Below, piece after piece: positions 25,691-38,874 of a DNA stretch of 64,000 bases. Position numbers and translations under genes: made by a program. The notes below the pieces were generated by a model, which was not told where the DNA came from, searched no databases, and saw only the letters and a list, made by a program, of their open reading frames with translations. The stretch's first letter is position 1. Each line of letters starts with the position of its first letter. Origin of the DNA: Camelus dromedarius (Eukaryota); the NCBI RefSeq assembly GCF_036321535.1, contig NC_087436.1:64606001-64670000 (forward strand), given 5' to 3'.

Positions 25691-27287
25691 GCTCAGAAAT
25701 ACTGATAAAGCTTTTCAAGGAGAAAAGTAATGCCAACTTTCGATTATCTTTTTATCATTCCAGAGCCTGGATATCTGTATTATTATATGTACTATGTAAA
25801 CATTTTTACCTATTGCTTCCACTTTTTTGTCTTTAATGTGGACTTTCTGTGTGCCATATTTACTACTTGCAGCTTTGACAAAGTGCAAATTGAATTATGC
25901 CAGTTTTACTTGTGTGCCTTTGGTGCATGAGACAAGAGAGATTCTAACCTACATTTATACTGCTAGGAAGAAATTAATGAGTATTTTCAAGTTCCTTGTT
26001 TGGTCACTTAATTGGCTGTGTGACAAAGAGCTCCGTGGTGCATGTCAAACAACTTTCCGGGTCCTCTAATGATTTGTGCTTTGCTTGACTTGTGATACTA
26101 TTCTGTGTGGCCTGTCAGGCTGGATATCCTTGTTAAAGTGGCTAGAATAAATTGGCTAGTGGTGTGCATACAATGTAGTATATTAACTACAGCAACAGGG
26201 AGTACTTTTAGCAGCTCTTTCAAGAGATTTTGATGTTTGCCCATAAGCATCAAAGCCAACCGAAACTTTCATTTAATATAATTAAAAGGACATCTGAAAG
26301 TAGTTTAAATCACACCAGGTTCTTGAGGTTTGGTAACCCTTTGTTCAAACCCTGTGAACTTAATATATTTCACAGCTTGATAAATCTGCACTTGATTTGT
26401 GTCAGTAAGAGAGAAAATATAAATCTGCACCCTGCATGTTTCTGGTGCCCTGAACCTATTGCTAAAAGACATTGAGATCAAAGAAAGTGACGTCCATCTA
26501 CAAAGCAGAGTAGTTTTCTTATAAAGAAGACACAAAAATTCTTTTTTTTTAAGTTGTAGTCATTAAATGCTCTTGTAAAGCAATTGTTGAATCACAAGAC
26601 AGTAAAAATCATATGTAATGTAAGCAGAGTAAATTATACAGGTTATTATTTAAGAGCTTGGACAGGTCAGTTCATAAATTTAATGATTTAAAAACCTCTG
26701 AAGGACAGTAACAGATGTTGATGATGGAGATCCTGCTTTGACGTGCAAAGAACATCATTCTGGGAATCTCTCAAAATTCCCATGACTGATGTGCCAGGTC
26801 AGGCAGAGATGACCGCTTTACAAAGTCATTTGTGACTCTTCCATTTTGCACATTTCCTATAAATAAGCAAATATTCCAGCTGCTGTTTGTATATACATGG
26901 TTTTTGTAAGTCCTTCAAGAAGTAATTCTAATAAGGGTGAAAAAAAAGCCATTCTGTTTTTAGATAAAATGTTTTTATCTAACACAAAACTATTTCTCAC
27001 TTCTTTTCACCAAGTTTTATCCTTTCTCTCTTACAGCTTCTTGATCAAGGCCTAGATTATCACTTAATTGTAAAATTGTTTATTTAAGTCCATTCTAACA
27101 CATTGTTGCTTTCTGAACGTGAGTTTACCTTCAGAAAATTTTCATTACATAGAATATAAATAGATATTATTTCTATGCAAACACAAGAGAATACACATCA
27201 ATTTACTTTGCTATTTCTTTAACGGTGTTATAATCACATAGCTAACCAGAAGAAAAAAATATATTTAAAATAGCACTACAGATTTAA

Positions 27288-27313
27288 GATCCTACTTTCT
27301 GGAAAGTAGGATC
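27288..27313. repeat. Perfect 12-bp inverted repeat with a 2-nt spacer
   Basis: GATCCTACTTTC-TG-GAAAGTAGGATC. Confidence 0.95.
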
Positions 27314-28959
27314 ATTAGCTTTTCTGGTACAGGTCAGAAAAGAAATGGAAGTTTGAAGATATAATTTGCAGTCAAGTAGTTGCCTGATGGCCTGGAACCA
27401 AACAAATGATTTTTAATACTGTTCCAAACAGAGTTATAATTTTGATATTTTCCCTTACCTAATGTATAAATTTTGTTCATCTGGTAGTAACAGAAACTTA
27501 ACTATGGTAACTTAAACCAAGGCTTTATTTTCAAAAATAAAAAGGAAATGCGGGGGAGGCAGTCCAGGATTATCATGAAAACTCCAAATCAGAGACCAAG
27601 TCTTCATATGTTTTTCTGCTCTATTATCTTTAGCACATGGGCTTTCAAAATGATAAGAGAGTTATTTTGGTTCCAATCGTCACTTTATGCTAATCTTTAT
27701 ATAGAAGGAAGAAAGGCAAGTAACTAAAATGTTCATCTCTGTTAGAACTTCCTGAAAGTCTTACCCAACTACAACTGACCATATCCCATACTTCTGACCA
27801 TATCCTTTGAGCTACTCAGTTTTGCATAGCTCAATGCTTTATTAATAGGTATAGCTTTGCAGGTGGGCATAGTGATCAACGATTCTACATCTAAAAGAAG
27901 AGAATTATTGGGCAATTAATATTCTTAGATGCAACCAAAAATACTTTTTTCTAATTTAATATATGTATTGATATTTTCATCTAGTTTTGACGTAATAACC
28001 TACCATAGATTCATGGCAATACCTGTGGTTATTTTTAAACTAAATAGAAATTAAAATACTATTTTGATTGTTTTATTATAGTCTGAAGGCAATCATTTTA
28101 GTTAAAAGAAAAAAAGGTTATTTCAAATTATTTTCTGATGGCATTTTCTTCTCGTTAAGTAATTTTTTGAATAGCTAATATAGGCATATGGTTTAAAATT
28201 CAAAAAGTAGAATAATAAATATGTGTTCTCCTAATGGGGCCACTGCATTGCTAATGCCTGGTTGTATCACTGACATTGTGACCCCTTGGAGTTGTGTGGT
28301 GCAAGCTACCCTGCCTCTCCCGTGCCTCTGTCCCAGTCATTCAAATCTGCCTTCCTCAAAGCAACTTCTGTTATCAGCCTTTTAAATATTCTGCCAGAAA
28401 AGACTATTTGTACTCACATCCACATTTGTATAATGTTTCTTTGTAACTCTTGTCATACAATCACAAAACAGTGGTGTTCTCTTTGCCTACAGTAGGACTT
28501 TGGGAGTAGCTGTGGCACAATGTGGCAGCGTTCCACCACTGAAAAGAACAGACACGTAGAGATGATCACAAGGTAGACTTGTGTCATGGTTTATATCAAC
28601 AAAACAACTGAATTTCATCACTAGAAAACTGGTTTAATAAAATGCTACACCAAATAGTGGAATACTCTTTAGTCACAGAAAGAATGAGATAGACCTTACA
28701 TTGACTTAGAAAGATGAGTATAATACAGTATCAAGTAAAAAAAAAAAAAAGCAAGCAAAATCAAACAGATATCATTATTATAGTGATCACATTTATTTGC
28801 GTAGGTGTAAATATTTACAAGTCTGCAGAGGTTCACAGCTAACTGTCAAAGAGATTATTTTGGGATAATATCGATGTCATTCCATAAATAGACTTCCCAG
28901 TTTTAATTTATATACTTCTGTATTTTTCAATTGTTCACAAGCATATACTTTTTTTTTTA

Positions 28960-29280
28960 ACTAGTAGGCATTATTTTCCAGACCAGTTTTAGATGTACAG
29001 AAAAGTTGGTCAGATATTACCGAATTCCCATATCTCCACCCTACACACACAGTTTCCATCATTATTATTACTATCTTGCATTAATATGATACATCAATTA
29101 TAATAATGAACTAATACTGACATGTTATCATTAACTAAAGTATGTAGGTTGTTCAGATTTGCTAAGTTTTTACCTATGTCTTTTTCCTGTTTCAGGATCT
29201 TATCAGGATATGACACTGCGTTTAATCATCATGTCTCCTTAAGCCCCTGCAGGCTGACAGTTTTTCAGACTTTCCTATGA
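28960..29280 (-). mobile_element. Old L1 (L1MC-like) 3' end
   Basis: cagttttagatgtacagaaaagttg...attcccatat...aatgaactaatactgac...attaactaaagt...caggatc resembles the antisense L1MC 3' consensus. Confidence 0.65.
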
Positions 29281-29359
29281 GATTGTCCCTTTTAGAGTCA
29301 GAAAATATATTTTCCACTCAAAATAATTAGCCTATATAGTTTAAGAATAGTATAGACTT

Positions 29360-29900
29360 ATTCATTCACACTCACTCAGACGTATTTGTCGAGCTTTTGT
29401 GCCTCAGGCACTGTTCCAGGTGCAGGGATCCAGGGGTAAAGACGGACAGGATTACTAAGCTTATAGAGCTCACATCCTAGTTTAGCAGACTGGAGTCTGG
29501 GAAGGACATGCACAGTAAATCAATCAAAGTGATAAGATAATGGCAGAAGTACTATGCAGAGAATTAGAACAATCATGTGGATAAAAGTGACTGCTTAGTT
29601 ACTTTAGATTGTGTGTATCAGGGAAGACTTTCTAAGGAGATGACTATAAAACTGACCCCTGGCAGTGTGAGATCAGCCACATGCCTATCTGGAGGAAAAG
29701 CACTCCAGGACCAGAGGTCACCCAGATCATGGCCAAGTGAGGCTGCAGAGTTCTGGAAATAGAAAGAAGGCCAATATTCCTGAAGAAATAGGTTTAAGGA
29801 GAATACAGGGGGCAGGAAGGCTGTGGAAAGGAGTGAATCCTGAATGTCATTAAAGAACTTAAACTAAGGCCGTGACATATTTTTGCAAGATTATTTTGGT
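29360..29900 (-). mobile_element. LINE-2 3' fragment
   Basis: ttcattcacactcactca...gtgcctcaggcactgttccaggtgcagggat...gagctcacatcctag. Confidence 0.6.
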
Positions 29901-30421
29901 TGCAAATTTAGTTTTCCTCTGATATCCATTCTTACAGCTTCAGCTATCACCTTTATGTAGGTGATTCTCAAAAAACCTTAACCAACTGCTTTACTCATTG
30001 AGAAATTCTGTTACTCTATTCTCACTACTGCCGATGCTGCTGAGCAGCTTCTCCCTAGCGTTTCTCTTTTATTGTACCACCATTCTACTAGTTACCCAGG
30101 AAAAAAAAGAGCTGGAGTTATTATTATTTCAGAAAGGGCTTTTTGGATACTTTTAGGATCAAGTTCATTTTGAAATTGATGGAAACCCCCTTCCCTTGAC
30201 CTCTGTGATACCACACTCTTCTGGCTACTTACCCCTTCTTAGTCTCAGTTGTCGAACTATTCTTTCTCCATTTTCTCTTCTCTCGTTAATGTTTCTGCAC
30301 CATCATTTCTTCTCCCTCTACTCAGATTATCTGGTTAATATCAGACATACTCAGTGAGCTACTTGAGTTTATGATGCCTAAACCTATATGCCAAGAGCAG
30401 ATATTTGGGGAAACTGCGGAC

Positions 30422-30978
30422 TGAAGAGATTAAGACATGCCATCCCAAAATCTGCCACTTTGGCACATTGATTATTTTGAGCTGAAGCCAATTGAGAAAC
30501 AGCAGATGAGGAGGGGCTTTCTGATCTCTACCTGAGATCTACCTGAGAGCAAATCAGAAAATTTCCCGTGTGACAGGAAGAGAAGAACATTCTTATCACC
30601 AGAGTATAAGTCAATGCCAAAATGAATCTGTGCAAACAAATGTACTAAAATAACCCTTATTTTCCGCTGGTTTCCCCCACATGTTTCCTAGTCACTTTCC
30701 TGTAATGTACTGCTCTTAGTAGTTTAAACCCTTTTCCTTTGTCTTGTCACTTCATCACAAATTTATCCTTCTTTGTTTAAAAAAGCATATAAACTCTCAG
30801 TCCTAACTGCTTCTTCGGGTCTTCTTTTAATTTTTTTAAGATGGTTCCCTTGTGCACATAAAAATATTAAATAAAATGTGTATGCTTTTCTCCTGTTACT
30901 TTATCTTATGTCAGTTTAATTCTCAGGTCTAGTCACAGAACCTAACAGGGTAGTAGGTGGTTATTTTCCTCCCCTACA
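30422..30978 (+). mobile_element. Solo ERV1-class LTR, MER34-like, inserted in L2-derived sequence
   Basis: TG...CA termini (TGAAGAGATTAAGACATGCCATCCCAAAAT ... TTCCTCCCCTACA). TATAAA at 30788-30793 and AATAAA at 30870-30875. Family name from memory. Confidence 0.75.
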
Positions 30979-31264
30979 AGGATTCTCTAGACTTCTTAAA
31001 TTAATGCCATTTAAGTACTTTGCATTCAAAATCGGCAAAACTGAATTCATCATGTTCCCCCCGACACATGTACTTACATCCTCCAGCTTTTAATGAACAA
31101 AAATTTGCTCCTCTTCCTTTATTACCATTTTAAGTGAGTACCACCTCATTTTCTACCCCCAAATTCTGTGCATTTCAACCTCTTTATTTCCCTTATCAAC
31201 TGACTTTAATTAATCAACAAATAATTTTAAATATCTTTGGAATCTTATTTTCCTCCATCCCCAG

Positions 31265-31475
31265 TCAGAATGCATGGATTTGAGCCCTGATTTTGCCCTG
31301 TAAGCTAATAAGCCTTTTAGCAAGTTATTTAACTTCTCTGAGTCTCGATTTTCTCACCACAAGATGAAAATAACTATTTCTACCTCATTAGGTTATTGTC
31401 AAAATCAAAGGAGTTAATGCATATAAAGCTTTCAGATGACAGTCTGGGACATATTCAATAAATATTAACCATTAT
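31265..31475 (+). mobile_element. MIR SINE
   Basis: gcaagttatttaacttctctgagtctcgattttctcac...tacctcattaggttattgtcaaaatcaaaggagttaatgcatataaagc. Confidence 0.7.
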
Positions 31476-34400
31476 GATTTATATCACTCCCCTACTTTAA
31501 ATTTTTCAGTGACTTCTTGTCACCTTTTGGAAGAATTGCAAATGTTTTCAGGTTTGCAAGCCTCTGAAAACTAGCTTTCATTTGCTTATCTTGCCACTGA
31601 ACCCTTTGCACTCTGCTCTGCTATAAGGAATTGTTTTCAGTTCCTTTTAGATGCCTGTTCTCTTTTCACCTCTGTACATATAAGCACAAGCTCTACTCCT
31701 TGCCTTTTTGGTCTATGTTGTATTTAAGCTTGAAATTCTACTTCATAGAGCCTTTCAAAACACCAAACTTGAATCCTGTGTTTCCATTATTATAATGCTT
31801 GTCATATTGTATTTTAATTACTTGTTTAGTTATTTGTCTGGCCTCAATATATTGTCATAACTTTGAGGGAAAGGAGAATCTCTCTCTTGCAGTATCCTAG
31901 TTGAAGGTACTTAATTATTAATTGTTGAATGCATGTAGAGTTAGCAAGAAGATTAAGTTTATAGTTCCACCTAATTCCTGTAAAACAATATAGATTTATT
32001 TGATAGCATTCAATTACTTAATTCTAAATGGGTTTTAAAAATTAATACAGTCAAATACAGTTTGCTAAAAACAATACATTTTTAAACAATAAGAGGTCTC
32101 TTGAAGGGGCAGAGAGTTTCATCTTGTTTTTTTCTATTAAAGATTCTTATTATTATATTATAGGTTAGCTGTGTCATACAATCTAATTTTAATTAAGACT
32201 TGAAAATGCCAACACTTTACTATAATATAAAAGAGTTCAGAGATTAGTGGTTTTCATATGTTTAGTATGAAATGACAGTGATTATAAAAAGAACCTTAGG
32301 TTTATTGATCAGGTGTGTAAATATCAGTCACTCAACTTGACTTCTAATAAAAAACCTGCAAGTTTAAAACTGTTCTGAAGACCTTTCTAACATTTAACCT
32401 TTAAAATTTTGATTTGAATCAATGTCTAAACATAGATTGTAGTACAATGTGCCCTATTCAGTAATGATTTTAAATGTTTGCTTTATTTTATTCTCAACTG
32501 ATAAACTTCCTATCAAGAAGTCAAAAATGAAGAATTAAAGAAAAGCTGTTTTTATTTTTTCAAATTACAAATCAATATAAACTATATTTATATGTAAAAA
32601 TATAGTCAGAAAGCAAGAGCTGGGAGCAGAGAAGACCTAAAGACTTATTTCTATTTTTCTGCATGTCTTGAAATTTATATATGAAGAAATATATTTAAAC
32701 ATAACTGTAAATATAATACAGTAAAAGTAAAACAATAATGTATATATTGATAAAGAGATACTGCATTCAGGAGAATATATCAAAAAACAAAGATGTGAAA
32801 ATAAAAAGTAAAATAAAAGTTTATATTACTAGGCAGTTTTTCAAAAGGATATCAGCAATTTACTAGTTTAAATTTATCTTCTAATAGGAAATAATTGCTC
32901 TTAACTTTCTAATGGTTCTACCTAATGATAATTTACATATTTATAATTTTTTGCATTATTGTAACAAAAGACTTTAAAAAATAATGAATGAACTTAAGAA
33001 TTTAAGAACTTAAGACCTAAACATGTAACTGCTTTGCTTAGATATCTCTAATGGCTGTACATTTTCTAAACAATAAAGCCTAAACTTCTATCATACTGAA
33101 GACCTTCTAAGATCTGACTTCTGCTTACCATTTCTTTTGTTATATTCATCTTATAAATTATATTTTCATGCATCATACATTGTTCTCACCCCAGCCTAAC
33201 ACCTGCCTTAGTACCTTTTTTTTTATCATCAACTTCCTTATTATGTCCCTCAGCCTCAAATTTCCTTATCATAGTTAAAGAAAGTTTATTCATCTTTTAG
33301 TGTCCAACTCAAATCCAAACACCTTCTGGGATCTTTTCTTGATCCTCCTTAGCTAGAATGCATTATCTTTTGTCCCATGTGACATGCTTACCTTCTGTTT
33401 TGGAGTGTAGGCGAACTGAGAGAATACTCCATGTTTCCTTCTTTTCCTCAGCCTCACCCAACAGTAACTTCCCTAGTTCTTTGCATATCATACGTATTTA
33501 ATAAAACCTCATTGAGTTACATTGAAAGTGCACTTTGGCACATTTGAAAACATTTTAGAAAGGTTTTTGTAGAATATAGTTTTCATTCATAGTGGTCTGC
33601 ATTCACTACAAACTACAGTAGCCTGTGGTTCTACTTTCCTCCCTAAGTCCCTATTATTCACCCTGCCTTCCTTCCAAACCATGGTAATATCTGAGCACTC
33701 AGAAGACTTCTTGGGAGATAAGGCAAAAAGTTATAGAACTTAAAGATTTTTTTTAAATTTTTTTTTTATTGAGGTATAGAAGAAGATGTTTTCAGTTCCC
33801 TATTGTATTCATGATTTGATAGTAAAAGTAGGTTATTTTTGCTTAATGAGCGTTTACTGAGTACCCAAAATGTCTCAAGACACTAAAATTTACCCTGGAA
33901 AAACAAAAATGAGCATGATCTCTCCCCTGAGAAAATCATAATCTAGTGAGAAAGCCAGACCCAAATACAGATAACTCTCTTAAAAGTAACTAAGTGCTAA
34001 AATGGGAGCCCATTGTGACAGTGAATCTCTGAAATGATAATGATTTAGATAATATTGACTGGTTAATAAGTTTTTTTCATAGAAAAATTTTTTTCTGCTG
34101 GTGTGAAAATGGAGAAAATTCACTTAAGTGTGAATCTTCACTGGATGTCAATCATTCAGCAAAGAGTTGTTGAACACTAAGCAGAGTTTTTGGCACTTAC
34201 AAATGAGACAGAGTCATCACCCTCATGAAGCTTACCTTTTCTTGAGTGAGAGCTCTGTAATAGTCATGTAGGTAAATAAATATCTGAGAGATACCTTATA
34301 TAATGATAGCTAATACAAAGAGAACAAAACAGATAATGGATTTTCTCCCTGGAAAAGCTGATAATGGATTGAGCAGTAGATCCTGAACTAAAACCGGAAT

Positions 34401-36094
34401 GAGATCCTGGTTAAAAAGCTTGCCAAAAAGATTCCCGGTGATTCTGCTTACTTAGTTTAAGATTTACTGCTCACCTGGGTGAGATGTGCCATTGATATGT
34501 TTCTCACCATTGATCCATTTATGTATTCTTGCTAAGGAATCCTAGCTATTTCATAAATACATTCTCCTGGAAGAATGACAGAAGTTGTTATTGGAAGGAT
34601 ATATAGCTGGTTTTCTCCAAAATTTTTCACAGTAGTTTTAACAAATAACTAACTCTTCCCTTTTGAAACATACAAAGTGTGATTGTACAGTTTATAACAT
34701 GTTTCAACACACATAGTCCAAAGTATATGCTCTGAGTAAAATTAGTCGAATGAATATGCTTCAAATCTGAATTTAACAATAAGAAGTCCAATAATATTGT
34801 GTAATGCAAATATATGTTCAGAAGGTTATGGTATGTCCCTAATCCTGGTATGAATCTAAGTGATTTTTCACACTTCCTAACTTATATTTGATTTTTAGAA
34901 AGTTGAAAGTTACTTTAGAATCTAGTCTGTAAATTGTAAACTGTAAAATGAGAAGAGTAATATCTAATAGTAGAATGGCCCTTACTACCCTTGAATTGAA
35001 ACATGATGCAATTTATTTTCTTCTGTAGTTCACCCTTTGTTGATTGGTTTCAAAACGCCAGTTTGTCCAAAGGTACACTTAAATTTAGTGGCAGAACTAG
35101 AATATGAATTCCAGGGCCCATCTCCTATTCAAGTTTCTAGCATTTTAAAAACGATAATGGAGCAAATTAACATTTAGTTTCTGGTGACGATATTGTTGAT
35201 TAAATTAACTCTCAAAATTTTACATTATTTCAGTTTATACATGTTAAAACCATTAGATGTTTTGTTTTTGTTTTTGTCTTTCCTTCCTGGATTGAGGCAT
35301 TGTGGTGAGAATACAATTTTTTTAAGATGAATTCAGGACCGATCTTATTTTCTTTCAACTTTAGAAAATAAGTTTTAGGTCAGAAAAAGGATTTATAGCA
35401 GAAAAGAGAAATCTGTGAGAGCTGTTGGACATTAAAATGATGTCCCAGTACCTCACTTTAATCCATTGTACATTTCCTGTCAACTTTGGTTCTAAGTATA
35501 GTTAAGCTCATTTCTTTGTAATCAAATAAAATGAAAATCAACCTGTTTTTAAAGAGATGTTGTTGAACTAACAAAAGAAATGCAAATAACTAGTTTGACC
35601 AAAAAAACCCAAAAAACTTTATTACCACATGTCATCATTTATACGTAAAATGTATAGTCATAAATGTATAGGGAAAATGAAATATAGATATTCTTTTACC
35701 GTTGAAGAATTGTGACTATTTTATTGGCCTTCACTGAACTGGTAACAGGGACATAACAATCTTTGGAAGGCTTACACAAATTATATTAATTTTAAAGCTG
35801 TTATGATGGACCTAATTGTGCTGTCTTGCTAGTAGAAAACTGGTTAGTTCCAGCGTCTAGAAAACACATTACGAACTATTTAATACCTGTTTCTCTCATT
35901 CATCAATAGTAGTTTAGTTATGTAACAGGTCTATATATGAAGATTGCATTCCCGAAGAGTTATTCTTTCCAGATCTCACTTCAGTGTGAGTATTTTGCAA
36001 TTGTCAGGTATGACTTGTGCTCCATTCAATGAAGACCTCTCTTCTTCCCACACTGGACTTTGATATCCAGTGAAAATAAAGACAAGATTGCACC

Positions 36095-36255
36095 TTAAGC
36101 ACTTCTTATGAGCCAAGCAACCTTATGAAATGATTATATTATCATCTCCAATTTACAGATGAATACAAAGAAGTAACTTGCCCAAAAGCACACAACTAGG
36201 AAAGCAGCAGAATCCAGTTACAAACTCAGCAGATGTAGTTGCAAACCCCACACTA
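36095..36255 (-). mobile_element. MIR SINE
   Basis: attatcatctccaatttacagatgaa...aagtaacttgcccaaaagcacacaactag. Confidence 0.65.
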
Positions 36256-36442
36256 ATTTTAGCCTAGAGAATTCTGTCTCTCACTGCTTGTGTTGACATC
36301 TCCTTTCATTTATACTTAGGCAATCATAACAGGTGCTGTTTTAAGAATAAATAAATATTAGATTTGTGTCTTAACCCACCCAGGTTTTAGGGCCAAAATT
36401 TAAGTCTGTGGTTTCGGCAGTTAACTTGGAAATCATTTGGAC

Positions 36443-36683
36443 TTTTTTTTTTTTTTTTTTTTTTTTTAAGTATAGTTGATTTGCAATGTTGTCTTAGTTT
36501 CTGGTGTACAGCAAAGAGATTCAGTTGTACATATATATGTATTCTTTTTCATAGTTTTTACATTATAGTTTATTACATGATACTGAATATAGTTCTCTGT
36601 GATATACAACTTTGTTGTTTATCTATTTTGTACATAGTAGTTTGTATCTATTAATCCCAAACTCCTAATTTATCCCTACCCCT
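36443..36683 (-). mobile_element. Short L1 3' UTR insertion with a long poly(A) tail
   Basis: About 25 T, followed by aagtatagttgatttgcaatgttg...ctggtgtacagcaaagagattcag. TSD atttgg(a/g)cttt at 36435-36445 and 36684-36694. Confidence 0.85.
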
Positions 36684-38690
36684 ATTTGGGCTTTAATAGA
36701 AAACTTCTCTAAAGACTGTCTAATTTGGGAAGATGTAGTTGTTAAAATGTACTCAAAAAGTATAACTATGAAAAAAAATTTCATCTTATACATTTTCAGT
36801 TGCAAAACTAAGATAATAATGGGTGTATTTGATTTATGTGCTGTCAACTTAATGACACTGTATTTTAGCTAAAGCAGACTGTTGTACATAGCTTCCTATT
36901 TACAACATTCTCAGAGTTGACCATAGTTACTTCTTTCTCTTTTTTCTTTTCTTTTTTTCTCCTTTTGCATTTTTAAAGAAATTAAAAGCAATAAAGGGCA
37001 GAACAGAAATATTGCATTATCCCCAATAAATTTTCCCAGAGGTAAGATTTAAATTAATCAGTGGAAGATTATTCACTAATGTTAAAAGGCTGCTCCTTAA
37101 AGAACAGGCATAATTTCTGTTGCATATGGGATTTTCAGAGCATTTCTAATGAATTCAGAGGATCATCTAATCCCAGAAAGAACAGTTCTTTGCAGTCAAG
37201 AGGTCTGTGTTCTCTGTTTGGCTTTGGAAAATACCTAAACTTTTTTTTATTTTTTTCTTTTTCTATCTGGCACTTCTTTTTTTGGCATATCCTGTTGGCA
37301 TTACCCCTATGGAGAACTTCCTGGAAAGCAGATTATATTGTTGTGATCCAGAAATGCTTTTGTCTGGCTTCTAGGTCATGCTTTAAACCCAGAACAAATG
37401 ACAGAGCTAAGCATCCTATGTGAAAATGCCCAGTCATTAAACTCATGAAAGAATTTTTTTTTAAATGATGCAAAGTACTCAAGTTGCAAGTAGGACTATT
37501 TTATGGAAAAGTCCAGTGATGTTGAATTTTGGCCAGAACTTGGAATAGCTGGGAAAAATATCAAGAAAAACAGCTTTTATCAAAAGGCAAATTAGTTTTT
37601 GAAGCTGGTGTTAATTGGCAGCCAAGGTGTTTCATTATGAAGCTGAATTTTTAACAGTTGTTACTTGGTTACTATGAAAACACCAGCCAGAAGAAAACAC
37701 TGCAGTGTAATGGCTCTCCCAGCTCCTCTGCCAACGTGTCAGTAATGTGAGTCCTGTTTTAAAACACCTATGTGCTGCCTAGAAAGTCCCTGTGTTGGCT
37801 GTTTCTTCTATTTTATTTCTGGATTAGGTGCATATTTCATAATCAACAGGTTCAAGGATGATCACTTTCAAACTGCAGGAGTTGTGTTTTTTTGTTTTGC
37901 AATTCTGTATGTTTGAGTGAAACCTTAAGAAGACCCTATTGGAAGAGCTGTCTTTTCCTGTAACCTAGAGCATAAAGTTAACCACAGGAAATATATACAT
38001 TGTAACTAGAGAGATGATTCTTTTGAATGATGCAAGGAGAAATGTGATGCTTTATCCCTACGTGTAAGTGTACCTACTGCTGATTTTTTTTTTTTTTTAA
38101 GGAAAAACACCTGAGGGCCACAGGTAGCTAGTTCCAACAGGCAGTTGTTCCAACTTGATATTTTCCCCATTCTGACATTTTGCTAGCTGGCTAAAAAAAA
38201 AATTGGTTTGCTCAGTGAGTCCTCAACCTATAAGCAACAAATTCTTATATTATCCTGTCTGTAGTCATCTTTCTGATTTCTGTGTTCAGCATCTAGTTTT
38301 ATGGTGAGGTATAAAAAATCATTTTTTGTGGTGATGTGATAAAAGTGTTGGTTTAAATTACTTGCCAGTGGTTCCCTAGCCAAATCATTTAATTATGTGA
38401 TTATAGTCTTATTGAAGCCTTTGCTGTTGATTTTAAGAAGCAAACATGGCTCTATTTGTTGTCCTTCAAAACAGAAGCAGGTTTTTCCATTGCCTTGCAA
38501 AGTCTCAGCTAGGGTTTTACAGAACAAAATAATGAATGCTTCCACTGCAGCATGTCACAGGGGAGGCTGGGACAATACTGAACTCATGCACACCGCTGAT
38601 CCTTGCTTGCTGGGCAACATGTACACCTGGATTTCTGACAGCTCTGTGGGCTCACTAGAGACCTCTGTCATTCTGTTCATCCTCTTGTAG

Positions 38691-38874
38691 GCAATGGTTG
38701 AGACAGTTAACAACCTTCTCCAGCCACAAGCCTCAAATGCGTGGAGAGACCTGACTACAAGTGATCAACTACGTGCAGCCACCATGTTGCTTGACACTGT
38801 GGAGGAAAGTGCTTTTGTGCTGGCTGATAACCTTTTGAAGACTGACATCGTCAGGGAGAACACAGATAATATTC
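38691..38874 (+). CDS. ADGRL3: ADGRL3 coding exon: GAIN subdomain A helices
   Basis: Borders ttgtag|GCA and ATTC|gtaagt; 184 nt, phase 0-1. Encodes AMVETVNNLLQPQASNAWRDLTTSDQLRAATMLLDTVEESAFVLADNLLKTDIVRENTDNI. Confidence 0.97.
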
